64,000 bases of DNA from Candidatus Moraniibacteriota bacterium. Its GTDB lineage: Bacteria > Patescibacteriota > Minisyncoccia > Moranbacterales > UBA9337. The stretch is from assembly GCA_026985555.1 (NCBI GenBank), contig JALSQF010000011.1, positions 4,571-68,570 on the forward strand, written 5' to 3'. The notes beneath the pieces were generated by a model, which saw only the letters and a list, made by a program, of their open reading frames with translations, did not search any database and had not been told where the DNA came from. Shown piece by piece: positions 49,401-57,060 of this stretch; position 1 is the stretch's first letter, and each line of letters begins with the position of its first letter. The position numbers and the translations under genes are program-made.

Positions 49401-50436
49401 GAAATTTACAGCAATTGTGGGAAATCCACCGTATCAAGGTGAAAACCATCAACAAATTTATCCATACTTTTATTTGCTTTCAAGAAAACTTGGAGAAAAT
49501 GTTTCTCTTATTTTTCCTACAGGTTGGCAAGAACCGAAAAATGGGAATAACTTAAGGTTACTTAATAAAAAAGAAATTAAAGAAGACCCGCAAATTGTTT
49601 TTATCAACAATAAACAAAATGTTTTTCCTGGTATTCCTGGTGCTGAATGGACTAATATTATTTTATGGAAAAAAAGATATAATAATGGACTAGACGGAAA
49701 ACAAAAAATTTACATAGAAGGGAAAGATGAAAAAATAATAAAACTTCAAACAGAAAAAAATCATGATAATAAACCAAAAGAGATTGTGGAGATGGGAAAA
49801 ATTGTTATGTCGCGAGATGATTTTATATCTATGCAAACTATCACATCAAGTTTAAAACCATATGGATTAAGAACAGATTTTTTTAATGATCCATCAAAGT
49901 ATGGTTTGCCACCAATTAAAGATAAGAAAGAACATAATGATGATATTACTATTTTTGGCTCAAAAGATAGAAATAGGAAGGTCGTGTATGCTGATAAAGA
50001 TTATCCGGTGCCCAAAAAAACCAAAGCATTTGATAAATGCAAGGTTTTTGTGCCTTATGCATGGGGTGGTGGTGATATTAGCGATTCATATTCAGATATT
50101 GTTATAGCTAAACCTTATGAAATATGCACAGAGACTTACCAGGAACAGGGGTGTTATGACGATTTTGCAATGACTCAAAAGCACGCAAAATATATCATGA
50201 CAAAATTTGCTCGCGCATTATTATATTTAAATAAGCATTCTCAACACTCAACTACCGCTTGGGGGGCGGTCCCAATTCAAAACTTTGCAGAAAAATGGTG
50301 GGATAAGAGTATAAAGGAAATTGATGAAGAATTAATGAAAAAATATAAAATACCACAAAATATAAAAGATTTCGTAATGAAAAATATTCAAGAAAAAACA
50401 GAAAAGAATATTATGAATTACAAAAATAATAGATAA
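46426..50436 (+). CDS. Restriction-modification fusion: GIY-YIG/T5orf172-like nuclease + SF2 helicase + Eco57I-like adenine MTase/TRD
   Basis: YIYS..LKIG..EWF, AKMRFGKT, VDEAHEG, LSGTP, QTAFR, IVGNPPY. Confidence 0.85.
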   Translation: MKIDKKITQTFSYGVIYIYSIPLDSHKGRLKIGSTTINLQNPTQAEMKAVADNRIKQQTKTADIPYKLEYTVLAIDEQNNYFSDYDVHNVLIRSGYKRKSENVKNIHSEWFEVSLDIAKKAIQAVKEGRKALTTEEKISKSQEIVFSFRPNQLDAIEKTTKAIKRNKKHFLWNAKMRFGKTAAAMQVAKENEMQKVLIATHRPSVKVDWYDDFNKILASADYQYASKDRGEHIKTLLKENKKFVYFVSLHDLRGSKRVVEDEAAHSQAVGFEKNEEIFDTEWDMFIVDEAHEGTQSNLGKTVFSKIVTKFTLQLSGTPFNILHKYEEENVYTWDYVMEQEAKLNWEKNNPGVPNPYAELPELNIFTYDIDQFSAHIGNFGGKFHSVMDGAFKFHEFFRVKKNDQGEEIAEFEHQEMVKKFLDLLVNDKLKTKFPYATKEYRNYNKHSLWLLPNRVKVIEAMEKLLQEHPVFGSGAFGIVNISGNAPDYSEDKDAKERVVKAIKENEYTITLTGQRLTTGASIKEWTAVFMMSDTSSATTYLQTAFRCQTPARIDGKLKTKGYVFDFAPDRTLKLIAEAVELNHKSGSINSSEQKEAMQKFLNFCPILAAEGGKMVPYDVGGMLKQLKKAIIQRVQRNGFDDPKLYNDNLLQLDEMDVSKFNELKKIVGASKSTQIKEIEINKLGMDDLQKAESARKKKQQERSLTEEEKEALKKLRKAREEKKKAINILRAVSIRMPMLVYGADISFKKDISLQDFIELVDDESWVEFMPDGLTKEKFNDFVKYYDEDVFKGVARSIRAQAQDCDNLPPTERVESLAEIFATFKNPDKETVLTPWKVVNMHITGVFGGHNFVSGIKDKTGKPMWQSGEVGENIWEKDDVKILEINSKSGLYPLLCAYNVYTRKLKKDKKLKKSEDKVYKKVWDEVLKNNIYVLCKSPMAKSITQRTLAGYTNVKTNIIYIKDLIDKMKQNDGYKDYNLPQELLTKFNLDKNMKFTAIVGNPPYQGENHQQIYPYFYLLSRKLGENVSLIFPTGWQEPKNGNNLRLLNKKEIKEDPQIVFINNKQNVFPGIPGAEWTNIILWKKRYNNGLDGKQKIYIEGKDEKIIKLQTEKNHDNKPKEIVEMGKIVMSRDDFISMQTITSSLKPYGLRTDFFNDPSKYGLPPIKDKKEHNDDITIFGSKDRNRKVVYADKDYPVPKKTKAFDKCKVFVPYAWGGGDISDSYSDIVIAKPYEICTETYQEQGCYDDFAMTQKHAKYIMTKFARALLYLNKHSQHSTTAWGAVPIQNFAEKWWDKSIKEIDEELMKKYKIPQNIKDFVMKNIQEKTEKNIMNYKNNR

Positions 50437-50438
50437 CT

Positions 50439-50522
50439 ATGAATAGACAACTTTACAAAAAATACAATCTCACACAAAGAGAGATTGATTATATAGAATC
50501 AATGGTGAGGGAGATGGAGTAA
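50439..50522 (+). pseudogene. Relic of an alternative RM C-terminus (27 aa)
   Basis: MNRQLYKKYNLTQREIDYIESMVREME*, paralogous to the IDEELMKKYKI end of the preceding ORF. Confidence 0.7.
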
Positions 50523-50544
50523 ATTAATTATAATAAAAATAAAA

Positions 50545-51440
50545 ATGGCAAAAAAAAACTAAATTTTTTATTCCTATACTTTTACAAAATAAAGATTTGA
50601 AAAAAATAAAATTAAACGAAGATATTATTCTGAGGCCTATAACAAAAAAAGAACAGAAAATATTTTTTGGTATAGAAGATGTTAAATTTAATTTTGTTGG
50701 TAGAGGAACTTGTATAATAGATAAAATAACAGTTTCAAAAAATAGAGGTTTATATGATTATAAATCATGGTTTCGGCATGAAATGTTGGAAAGTGACGGT
50801 GCTTTTTTTGCATCTAATTATGTTATAGAATGCAAAGACGAAAATATTGAAGATATTTTTTATGATTTAAATATAGCTTTTAATTTATTAAGTGTTACTA
50901 GTACAAAGTGTTTTATATACTTTACAGATACTAAAAATAGTGTTTCTTTTTTACATAGTGATATGATTTATGGTGGTGGTAGAAATTTTGGTTATTTAAA
51001 AATAGGTACTCAGGAATTTCATGATTTACCAATTATTTATCAGAAAATAAAAACTTTAAAAAAAATGAAAAATTAAAATTAAAATTATTCATGTTAGGAT
51101 TACACAGTGCCACAACTGATGAGCTAAAATTTTTATCATTTGTTACAGCGTTAGAAAATATGTATTTACCAAATATAAAAAATGAATTGAATTTTAGATT
51201 TGCATTAAGAATAGCACATGTTTTAGATGGTAAGATAACTAAAAAAAATAAAGAAGAATTATTTAAATTGGCAAAAAAATATATAATGAAAGAAGTAATA
51301 TTGTTCATGGAAACACAAAAAATAATATAAATGAAATATATGGAGAAACAGTAAATTTACTGTGGGTTTCTTTACTAGAATGGATAAATCATCCAGAAAA
51401 ATTTACGGAATCTTATTTTCAAAAAATGATATTAAAATAA
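50545..51440 (+). pseudogene. HEPN (ApeA-like) domain gene split by three single-base poly-A frameshifts
   Basis: Joining frames gives 298 aa with FVTALE..Y, ELNFRFALRIA and IYNERSNIVHG (RxxxxH at 51291-51308). Confidence 0.8.
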
Positions 51441-51442
51441 TT

Positions 51443-52018
51443 ATGAAAAAATACCTCTACATAATAACAAACATCTCAATGCCTGGAATTTGCAAGGTTG
51501 GGATTACTAATGATATCGAAAAGCGGTTGAGAGATTTAAATAAAACTGGCTTGCCGACACGATTTCAAGTATATGAAAAATTTGATTTACCAAATGCAGA
51601 AATTTTAGAGCAGATGATTTTGCAACATTTTGCAGAAGATAGAATTAACCGCAAGCGTGAATTTTTAAAAATTCATCCAGAAAGAATTTGTGATTTTGTT
51701 TTTGATAATAAAAATGTAAAAAATGAAAAAGAAAGTCAAGTGAAAAGTAAATTTGTAAAATTGGGTATAGAAAAAGGGGCAATTTTAAATTTTAAAGTAG
51801 GAGATGAAATTTACCATAGTATTACGGCTGAAGTAATTGATCCAAAGTCAATTCGTCCGATTAAATATAAAAATAGACAAGTTTCTCTTTCTGTTGCGGC
51901 TAAAGATATTTTGAAAGAAAAGTTTGATAAAAAATGGAAAGCAGTACAGGGAACAATCTTTTGGACATATAAAGGAAAAACAATTCGTGAATTGATGGAT
52001 AATAATGATATAATCTAA
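51443..52018 (+). CDS. GIY-YIG (T5orf172) nuclease with RAMA-like C-terminal domain
   Basis: YLYIITN.SMPG..KVG.T..R, REF; C-terminal SLS.AA......QG..FW.YKGK; ATG 51443 preferred. Confidence 0.8.
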   Translation: MKKYLYIITNISMPGICKVGITNDIEKRLRDLNKTGLPTRFQVYEKFDLPNAEILEQMILQHFAEDRINRKREFLKIHPERICDFVFDNKNVKNEKESQVKSKFVKLGIEKGAILNFKVGDEIYHSITAEVIDPKSIRPIKYKNRQVSLSVAAKDILKEKFDKKWKAVQGTIFWTYKGKTIRELMDNNDII

Positions 52019-52154
52019 ATAATTATGAGTAAATATATTCTATAAAGAATAAATATTGGGGTATCTGGAAAAATCTTTTAAATCCACTCCTTCAAATGAT
52101 AAAGTTAAAAATCAGAATATTAGTAATAATATGTATTTATTTTCTGGATTGCTT

Positions 52155-52232
52155 TATTCTAAATATTAGAATATAAAAAGTTATATTCTAATATCTATTT
52201 GTGTTTTAGAATAAAGAGTGATATAATTCTAA
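52155..52232 (+). promoter_or_regulatory. Operator-like TATTCTAA/TTAGAATA array overlapping an extended -10 promoter of fic
   Basis: Half-sites at 52155, 52166, 52184, 52206 and 52226; TGnTATAAT at 52219-52227. Confidence 0.55.
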
Positions 52233-52251
52233 TATAGTTAATTGTAAAATT

Positions 52252-53349
52252 ATGACAAAACAACCATTTATACCACCAAAATTACCACCAAAAGTTGATT
52301 ATTCAACTTTATTGATGAAAATAGTTGAAGCAAGAGACGTTGTAGCTCGCTTTGATGAGGCTGTCAAAAAGTTGCCAAATCCTGAAATTATTCAAAGATC
52401 AATTAGAACAAAAGAGGCGGTTTTGAGTTCTCGTATTGAAGGGACGCAGGTTACTTTAAACGAAGTATTCTTTCTTGATGCTAAAGATGAGCTTAATGAA
52501 AAAACACAACAACAAATGGATTATCGTGAGGTAATAAATTATAGAAAAGCGATTGCTGTTGGAAAAAATTTATTAAAAGAAAGACCGCTTACCGAGAATA
52601 TTATTAAAGAGCTACATAAAATTTTATTAGATTCTGTAAGAGGTAAAAATAAAAATCCCGGACAGTTTCGCCGTGAGCAAGTTTATATAGGAAAGCCGGG
52701 GGTGAGTATCAATCAGGCATCTTTTATTCCTGTGCCACCGCAAGTAATCAGTGATCTTTTTTCGGATTTAGAAAAATTTTTGCATTTAGAAAAAAATATT
52801 GATCCGATTGTTCAGATTGCCATTGCACATTATCAATTTGAAGCAATACATCCGTTTGCAGATGGGAACGGGAGAGTTGGGCGTTTGATGATACCACTTT
52901 TTCTCTATGAGAAGAAAGTTACAAGTTATCCAAATATTTTTGTTAGTGAATATTTAGAAGAGCATAGGGAGGAATATTATTTACGATTAAAGAATGTGAG
53001 TGAAAAAGGCGAGTGGGTTGAATGGATTGAATTTCTTTTGGGTGCTATTATTGATCAAACAAGAAAAACACGCGGTGTGGTTCATGAGATAGAGAATCTT
53101 TATAGAGAATTGCATGATAATTCACATAAGTTTAACTCAATTTATACCGGTGCATTGATTGATGCTATATTCCAGGCTCCTCATTTTACAGTACGGAAAA
53201 TTAAAAAGATATCCGGAATTAAAAATAATCAGACGCTTTATAATTTGATTGATAAGTTTGTTGATGATGGAATTTTGGTAGACACTCTTCCTGATATTAG
53301 TCGAAATAAAATCTATAAGTTTGAAAAAATAATGCAAATTATCGCATAA
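52252..53349 (+). CDS. Fic-family protein (class II, N-terminal autoinhibitory motif)
   Basis: HPFADGNGRVGR catalytic loop; SSRIEG inhibitory motif; C-terminal wHTH-like region. Confidence 0.93.
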   Translation: MTKQPFIPPKLPPKVDYSTLLMKIVEARDVVARFDEAVKKLPNPEIIQRSIRTKEAVLSSRIEGTQVTLNEVFFLDAKDELNEKTQQQMDYREVINYRKAIAVGKNLLKERPLTENIIKELHKILLDSVRGKNKNPGQFRREQVYIGKPGVSINQASFIPVPPQVISDLFSDLEKFLHLEKNIDPIVQIAIAHYQFEAIHPFADGNGRVGRLMIPLFLYEKKVTSYPNIFVSEYLEEHREEYYLRLKNVSEKGEWVEWIEFLLGAIIDQTRKTRGVVHEIENLYRELHDNSHKFNSIYTGALIDAIFQAPHFTVRKIKKISGIKNNQTLYNLIDKFVDDGILVDTLPDISRNKIYKFEKIMQIIA

Positions 53350-53353
53350 GAAT

Positions 53354-54271
53354 ATGAAAAAATCTAATAAAAATATAGATGTTAGTGAAAATTTATTGCG
53401 TCGCACAGGAAAGATTTTGGATATTTTACTGACTGACAGGACAACGGGAAAAAGAATTATCTGGGCAACAGATTCTTATCTATATCTTGGTCCTAAATAT
53501 GCACCTGACAAAAGGATAACACCCTCGTTAATAACAGGTGGATTTAGAAAAGTTATACAACCAAGAGCGGCAAAGAGTTTGGAGGAACAGAGAAGAAGAA
53601 CTAAAGATAAGGCGGAAGTTTTTACACCTTTAAAAATAGTAGAACAAATTAATAATTTAGTAGATAAAAAACCAAATACAAAAAATTGGCAAAAATATGT
53701 ACAAGAATTAAAAATGGAAATTACTTGTGGAGAAGGTCCATTTATTTCCAGTCGTTATAACCCTACTGCACATACAAAAAAAGTCATTGCAATTAAAAAT
53801 AGAGTTGGTTTTTTGGATAAAAAATTACAAGTTGTTTCTAAATTTTGTACAAATAAAAAAGAGTGGATGTTTTGGGCAAAAGAAGCCTTTAAAGCAAGTT
53901 ATGGATTTGATTGGCAGGGTGATAATGTTTTACTTACAAGAGAGAATTTGCTTTATACATTTATTGATTTCTACGAAGACAAGTTTAGTAAGAAACCAAG
54001 TTTGAAAGAAAGGGAAGAGATAGCTAAAATTATTAGTTGGAATATTTTTCAAATGGATGGCTTAAAGTATGTGGTACCTATGAGTTGTAAAAACGAGAAG
54101 AAGATAATAAAAGGTGCAGAAACACTATTTGGAAAAGAAGAAGATAGGATTGAAGAAAAAATATGCGAAGGATGTCTTAAAAATAATTTTAAAAGACATA
54201 ATGGAACTTATGTAAAAATAAAAGATTGGAAAGAAAATAAAATTGTAAGATTTGTAGATCTTATTTTATAA
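53354..54271 (+). CDS. Methyltransferase-like RM accessory subunit
   Basis: LL.DRTTGK.IIWAT, KAEVFTP, EITCGEGPF, WNIFQMDG; no NPPY/DPPY. Confidence 0.8.
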   Translation: MKKSNKNIDVSENLLRRTGKILDILLTDRTTGKRIIWATDSYLYLGPKYAPDKRITPSLITGGFRKVIQPRAAKSLEEQRRRTKDKAEVFTPLKIVEQINNLVDKKPNTKNWQKYVQELKMEITCGEGPFISSRYNPTAHTKKVIAIKNRVGFLDKKLQVVSKFCTNKKEWMFWAKEAFKASYGFDWQGDNVLLTRENLLYTFIDFYEDKFSKKPSLKEREEIAKIISWNIFQMDGLKYVVPMSCKNEKKIIKGAETLFGKEEDRIEEKICEGCLKNNFKRHNGTYVKIKDWKENKIVRFVDLIL

Positions 54272-54298
54272 AATAAAAAAAGTTGATCTAATAATAAA

Positions 54299-55072
54299 AT
54301 GAAAAACAAAGAAGGAATTATAAAAACTAAATATTTCAATAATATAATAGAAATTTTAGAGCTATTTATGCAACTAGATAGCATAGAAGCGACTTCTAGC
54401 ATTATCAATGAAGGAAAAAAAAGAAAAGAAGTTGTTTTGATAGGCATATTATCTAGTATTGGTTTAGTATTAAAAGAGATAAAAAATTCATATAATTTGA
54501 ATAATTTATCTATTTTTTTATTAATTAGGTATATTTACGAAAGTTGCATTACTTTTCAATATATATTTATTATAGAGCCAAAAAAAACAAGAGAAAAAGT
54601 TGATGCTTTTTTTTGGTATTCAATTATGGAACATAAGAATATACTTGAAGAGGACTATTTTAATGAAAATAGCCAATGGAAAAATGCAATCAATTTTAAA
54701 AAAGGGAGGGATAAAAAAACATGGTCTGGGAAAAGTCTTTATGATATGTATAGAAAAATTGAAAAAAATTTTAAGAAAAAGTCAGGAGCAAAATATCATA
54801 AAATAATTTATAAACACTTGAGTGTGTTTTCTCACCCGACTTTATTTCAGATGGAAATTTTATTTGGTGATAATATAAAAAATAAAAAATTAATTGATAT
54901 AAATATACAATTATCTTGTGCATATATTACAGAGATATTGTATCAATTTTTTGTTGAAAGAAACGAAACAATAAAATCAGTTAAATTAACAAACAAAACA
55001 AAAGAAAAAATCATAAATACCCGTAGTCAAATACTAAAAGATTTAAAAAAATACCAGAACATCCAAGAATAA
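54299..55072 (+). CDS. DUF5677-like (HEPN-related) protein
   Basis: LIRYIYE, WSGKS, IYKHLSVFSH pattern. Confidence 0.6.
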   Translation: MKNKEGIIKTKYFNNIIEILELFMQLDSIEATSSIINEGKKRKEVVLIGILSSIGLVLKEIKNSYNLNNLSIFLLIRYIYESCITFQYIFIIEPKKTREKVDAFFWYSIMEHKNILEEDYFNENSQWKNAINFKKGRDKKTWSGKSLYDMYRKIEKNFKKKSGAKYHKIIYKHLSVFSHPTLFQMEILFGDNIKNKKLIDINIQLSCAYITEILYQFFVERNETIKSVKLTNKTKEKIINTRSQILKDLKKYQNIQE

Positions 55073-55120
55073 ATTTTATTATATTGAATGATTTTTAAAG
55101 AAATGTTACACTAAAAATAT

Positions 55121-55846
55121 ATGAAGAAATTAATTATAACTATTATTATTTTGTTATTTACAGTGGCGGGTGGGTATTATTATTTTAATTGTCAAAAAGC
55201 AGATAAAGCTATGCAAATTTCTCCACCAAAAGCAAAGGAAAAAACTTTACCAAAACAAAATGTACCACAGGCGAATAAGACTATTCAAAAAAACATTAAA
55301 CAAACGAGCGAACAAGAATCAAATCAAAATGAGTTTCTTGTATATCAAGATGCAGATATTACCTTTAAATATCCTAAAAAAATTATAAGCACTAAACCAC
55401 AGGACAATTTTGAAATAAAAGAAGGAGCGAAATGGAAAGTTATGCGCAAGGGAGATATAATTTATATCCTTGCACCTTTTGAAGATAAAAACAAAATTAG
55501 CGATTACACTTCTTTTATGATTAAGATTTTTAACAATGCATGGGATGCGCAAAAAGAGTTTAATAAAATAGTTCCTTTATATAAAGAAAACCATAATGTT
55601 CCAGTGCCACAGTGGGGTAATAAGATGTATTCAATGACATCAGCAGGATATTATGTCGGTATATTGTCAAAGGTTGGGATTGACATGGGAATTGTAGATG
55701 ATGTATATTTTTTGGTTCCAGGAGGATTAAGTGTTCACGCACAATCTAAAAAACCAAATGAAGAACATTTTGTAGTGTATGCTCGGAGTGATATATATGC
55801 TGATTACATAAAAAATATTTTGCTTCCAAGCATAAAGAATCGGTAA
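55121..55846 (+). CDS. Hypothetical exported protein
   Basis: N-terminal TM/signal, low-complexity linker, FKYP motif. Confidence 0.7.
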   Translation: MKKLIITIIILLFTVAGGYYYFNCQKADKAMQISPPKAKEKTLPKQNVPQANKTIQKNIKQTSEQESNQNEFLVYQDADITFKYPKKIISTKPQDNFEIKEGAKWKVMRKGDIIYILAPFEDKNKISDYTSFMIKIFNNAWDAQKEFNKIVPLYKENHNVPVPQWGNKMYSMTSAGYYVGILSKVGIDMGIVDDVYFLVPGGLSVHAQSKKPNEEHFVVYARSDIYADYIKNILLPSIKNR

Positions 55847-55880
55847 TTGAAAAAGACATGGTTTATGAATTTAAAAATTT

Positions 55881-56057
55881 ATGAAAAAATTATTTAGAAT
55901 TTTAGCTGTAATTATTTTTATTTTAAGCCTTATTTTGTTAATCTTTGGTTTTGGTGAAAATGGTTTTGCTATTTTACATGAATGTAGCTTTTGGGTAGTA
56001 ATTAATGCATTTTGGACTCTTGTTATTTTATTTTTACTGATAGACAGAAACTTATAA
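55881..56057 (+). CDS. Small two-TM protein (58 aa, not in the ORF track)
   Basis: Manual translation MKKLFRILAVIIFILSLILLIFGFGENG...LLIDRNL*. Confidence 0.55.
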   Translation: MKKLFRILAVIIFILSLILLIFGFGENGFAILHECSFWVVINAFWTLVILFLLIDRNL

Positions 56058-56111
56058 TAAGTAAAGATATAAGTTAATTTTTTGTATCTTAAAAAAAGAT
56101 AAAATAAAAAT

Positions 56112-56555
56112 ATGAAATTATATAATATAAAACTTGCAGAAAGATTTTTATGGGGAACTATTTTAGGTATTATTTTTGGTTTATTTTGTTTTGTTAGTTT
56201 TTCTTCTCAACCAAATATGCCCGCAGATTTATCCCAGTGGCAAAAGTGGTCCTGGAATAATGTTTGGATGTGGAGAACGATTTTTAATAGAATGATTTTA
56301 GGATTAGTAGTAGCTATAGCTGGATTAATAACAAGATGTCCAATTTTTGGCATTAAAATTCCTATTTGGTTACGAGGAATAAAAGTAGGTTTTATTATTT
56401 CTTTACCAATGGCTATGAGTTCTTTACAAAATTCAAATATGGAAATAGCTTGGAATGGATTTTGGATAGTGCTTATTTTGGGAAGTGTTATTGGAGCGCT
56501 AATTGATATAATTATTACCAGGTTTACAGGTGAAGGAAAAATTTTATTGAAATAA
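56112..56555 (+). CDS. Hypothetical four-TM membrane protein
   Basis: G..FGLFC, NR.ILG, RG...G..ISLP. Confidence 0.75.
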   Translation: MKLYNIKLAERFLWGTILGIIFGLFCFVSFSSQPNMPADLSQWQKWSWNNVWMWRTIFNRMILGLVVAIAGLITRCPIFGIKIPIWLRGIKVGFIISLPMAMSSLQNSNMEIAWNGFWIVLILGSVIGALIDIIITRFTGEGKILLK

Positions 56556-56589
56556 TCTAATTTAAAAAAGTATATAAAAAACTAAAACT

Positions 56590-57054
56590 ATGAATAAGGT
56601 TACGGAAATTATTAAAAACTTAATTAATTTAATTGGAGTGACAGTTGGAATTGTTATTATGTCCATAGGAGCTATTATGCTAATATCTTCCTTTTTGAAA
56701 GTGTATGTTTTTCATATTGAATATAATGGCTATGATGATTTTTCTTATAAGTGCGAACAGTTTGATGTAGATTTTATAGAAGCGAATAGATTAAGGGGTA
56801 ATAATTTTGGTTCTAAGCCAGCAATAATGAATTCAGAGAATGAAAAACAGGTTGCAAAATTAACTGAAGCAGAAAGAGAAAAATTAAGAAAGAAATATAA
56901 GGAATGTAAAAAAGAAGCTCAACAAGAAGCTCATAAAAAATTTTTAGTTCAAGAAAAAATACACTTAGCTACGGGGATAGCTTTTGTGGTAGTGGGAATT
57001 CCTTTACTAATTTACTATCAAAAAAGAAGTCGGAAAGAAAAAAAGAAAGAATAA
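56590..57054 (+). CDS. Hypothetical two-TM membrane protein
   Basis: Two TM helices around a loop with two Cys. Confidence 0.7.
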   Translation: MNKVTEIIKNLINLIGVTVGIVIMSIGAIMLISSFLKVYVFHIEYNGYDDFSYKCEQFDVDFIEANRLRGNNFGSKPAIMNSENEKQVAKLTEAEREKLRKKYKECKKEAQQEAHKKFLVQEKIHLATGIAFVVVGIPLLIYYQKRSRKEKKKE

Positions 57055-57060
57055 AATATT

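Larger units (their letters stand above)
46426..55072 (+). other. Defence island downstream of tRNA-Ser
   Basis: Co-oriented RM fusion, HEPN, GIY-YIG, Fic, MTase-like and DUF5677-like genes; no integrase or att repeat seen. Confidence 0.7.

Noticed and set aside
51362-51442. GTG start extending the GIY-YIG gene
   Set aside because: This stretch is the 3' end of the frameshifted HEPN gene; ATG 51443 directly follows its stop
45271-57054. Prophage or integrative element at tRNA-Ser
   Set aside because: No integrase or phage structural genes, and no duplicated tRNA 3' end (attR) was found by eye
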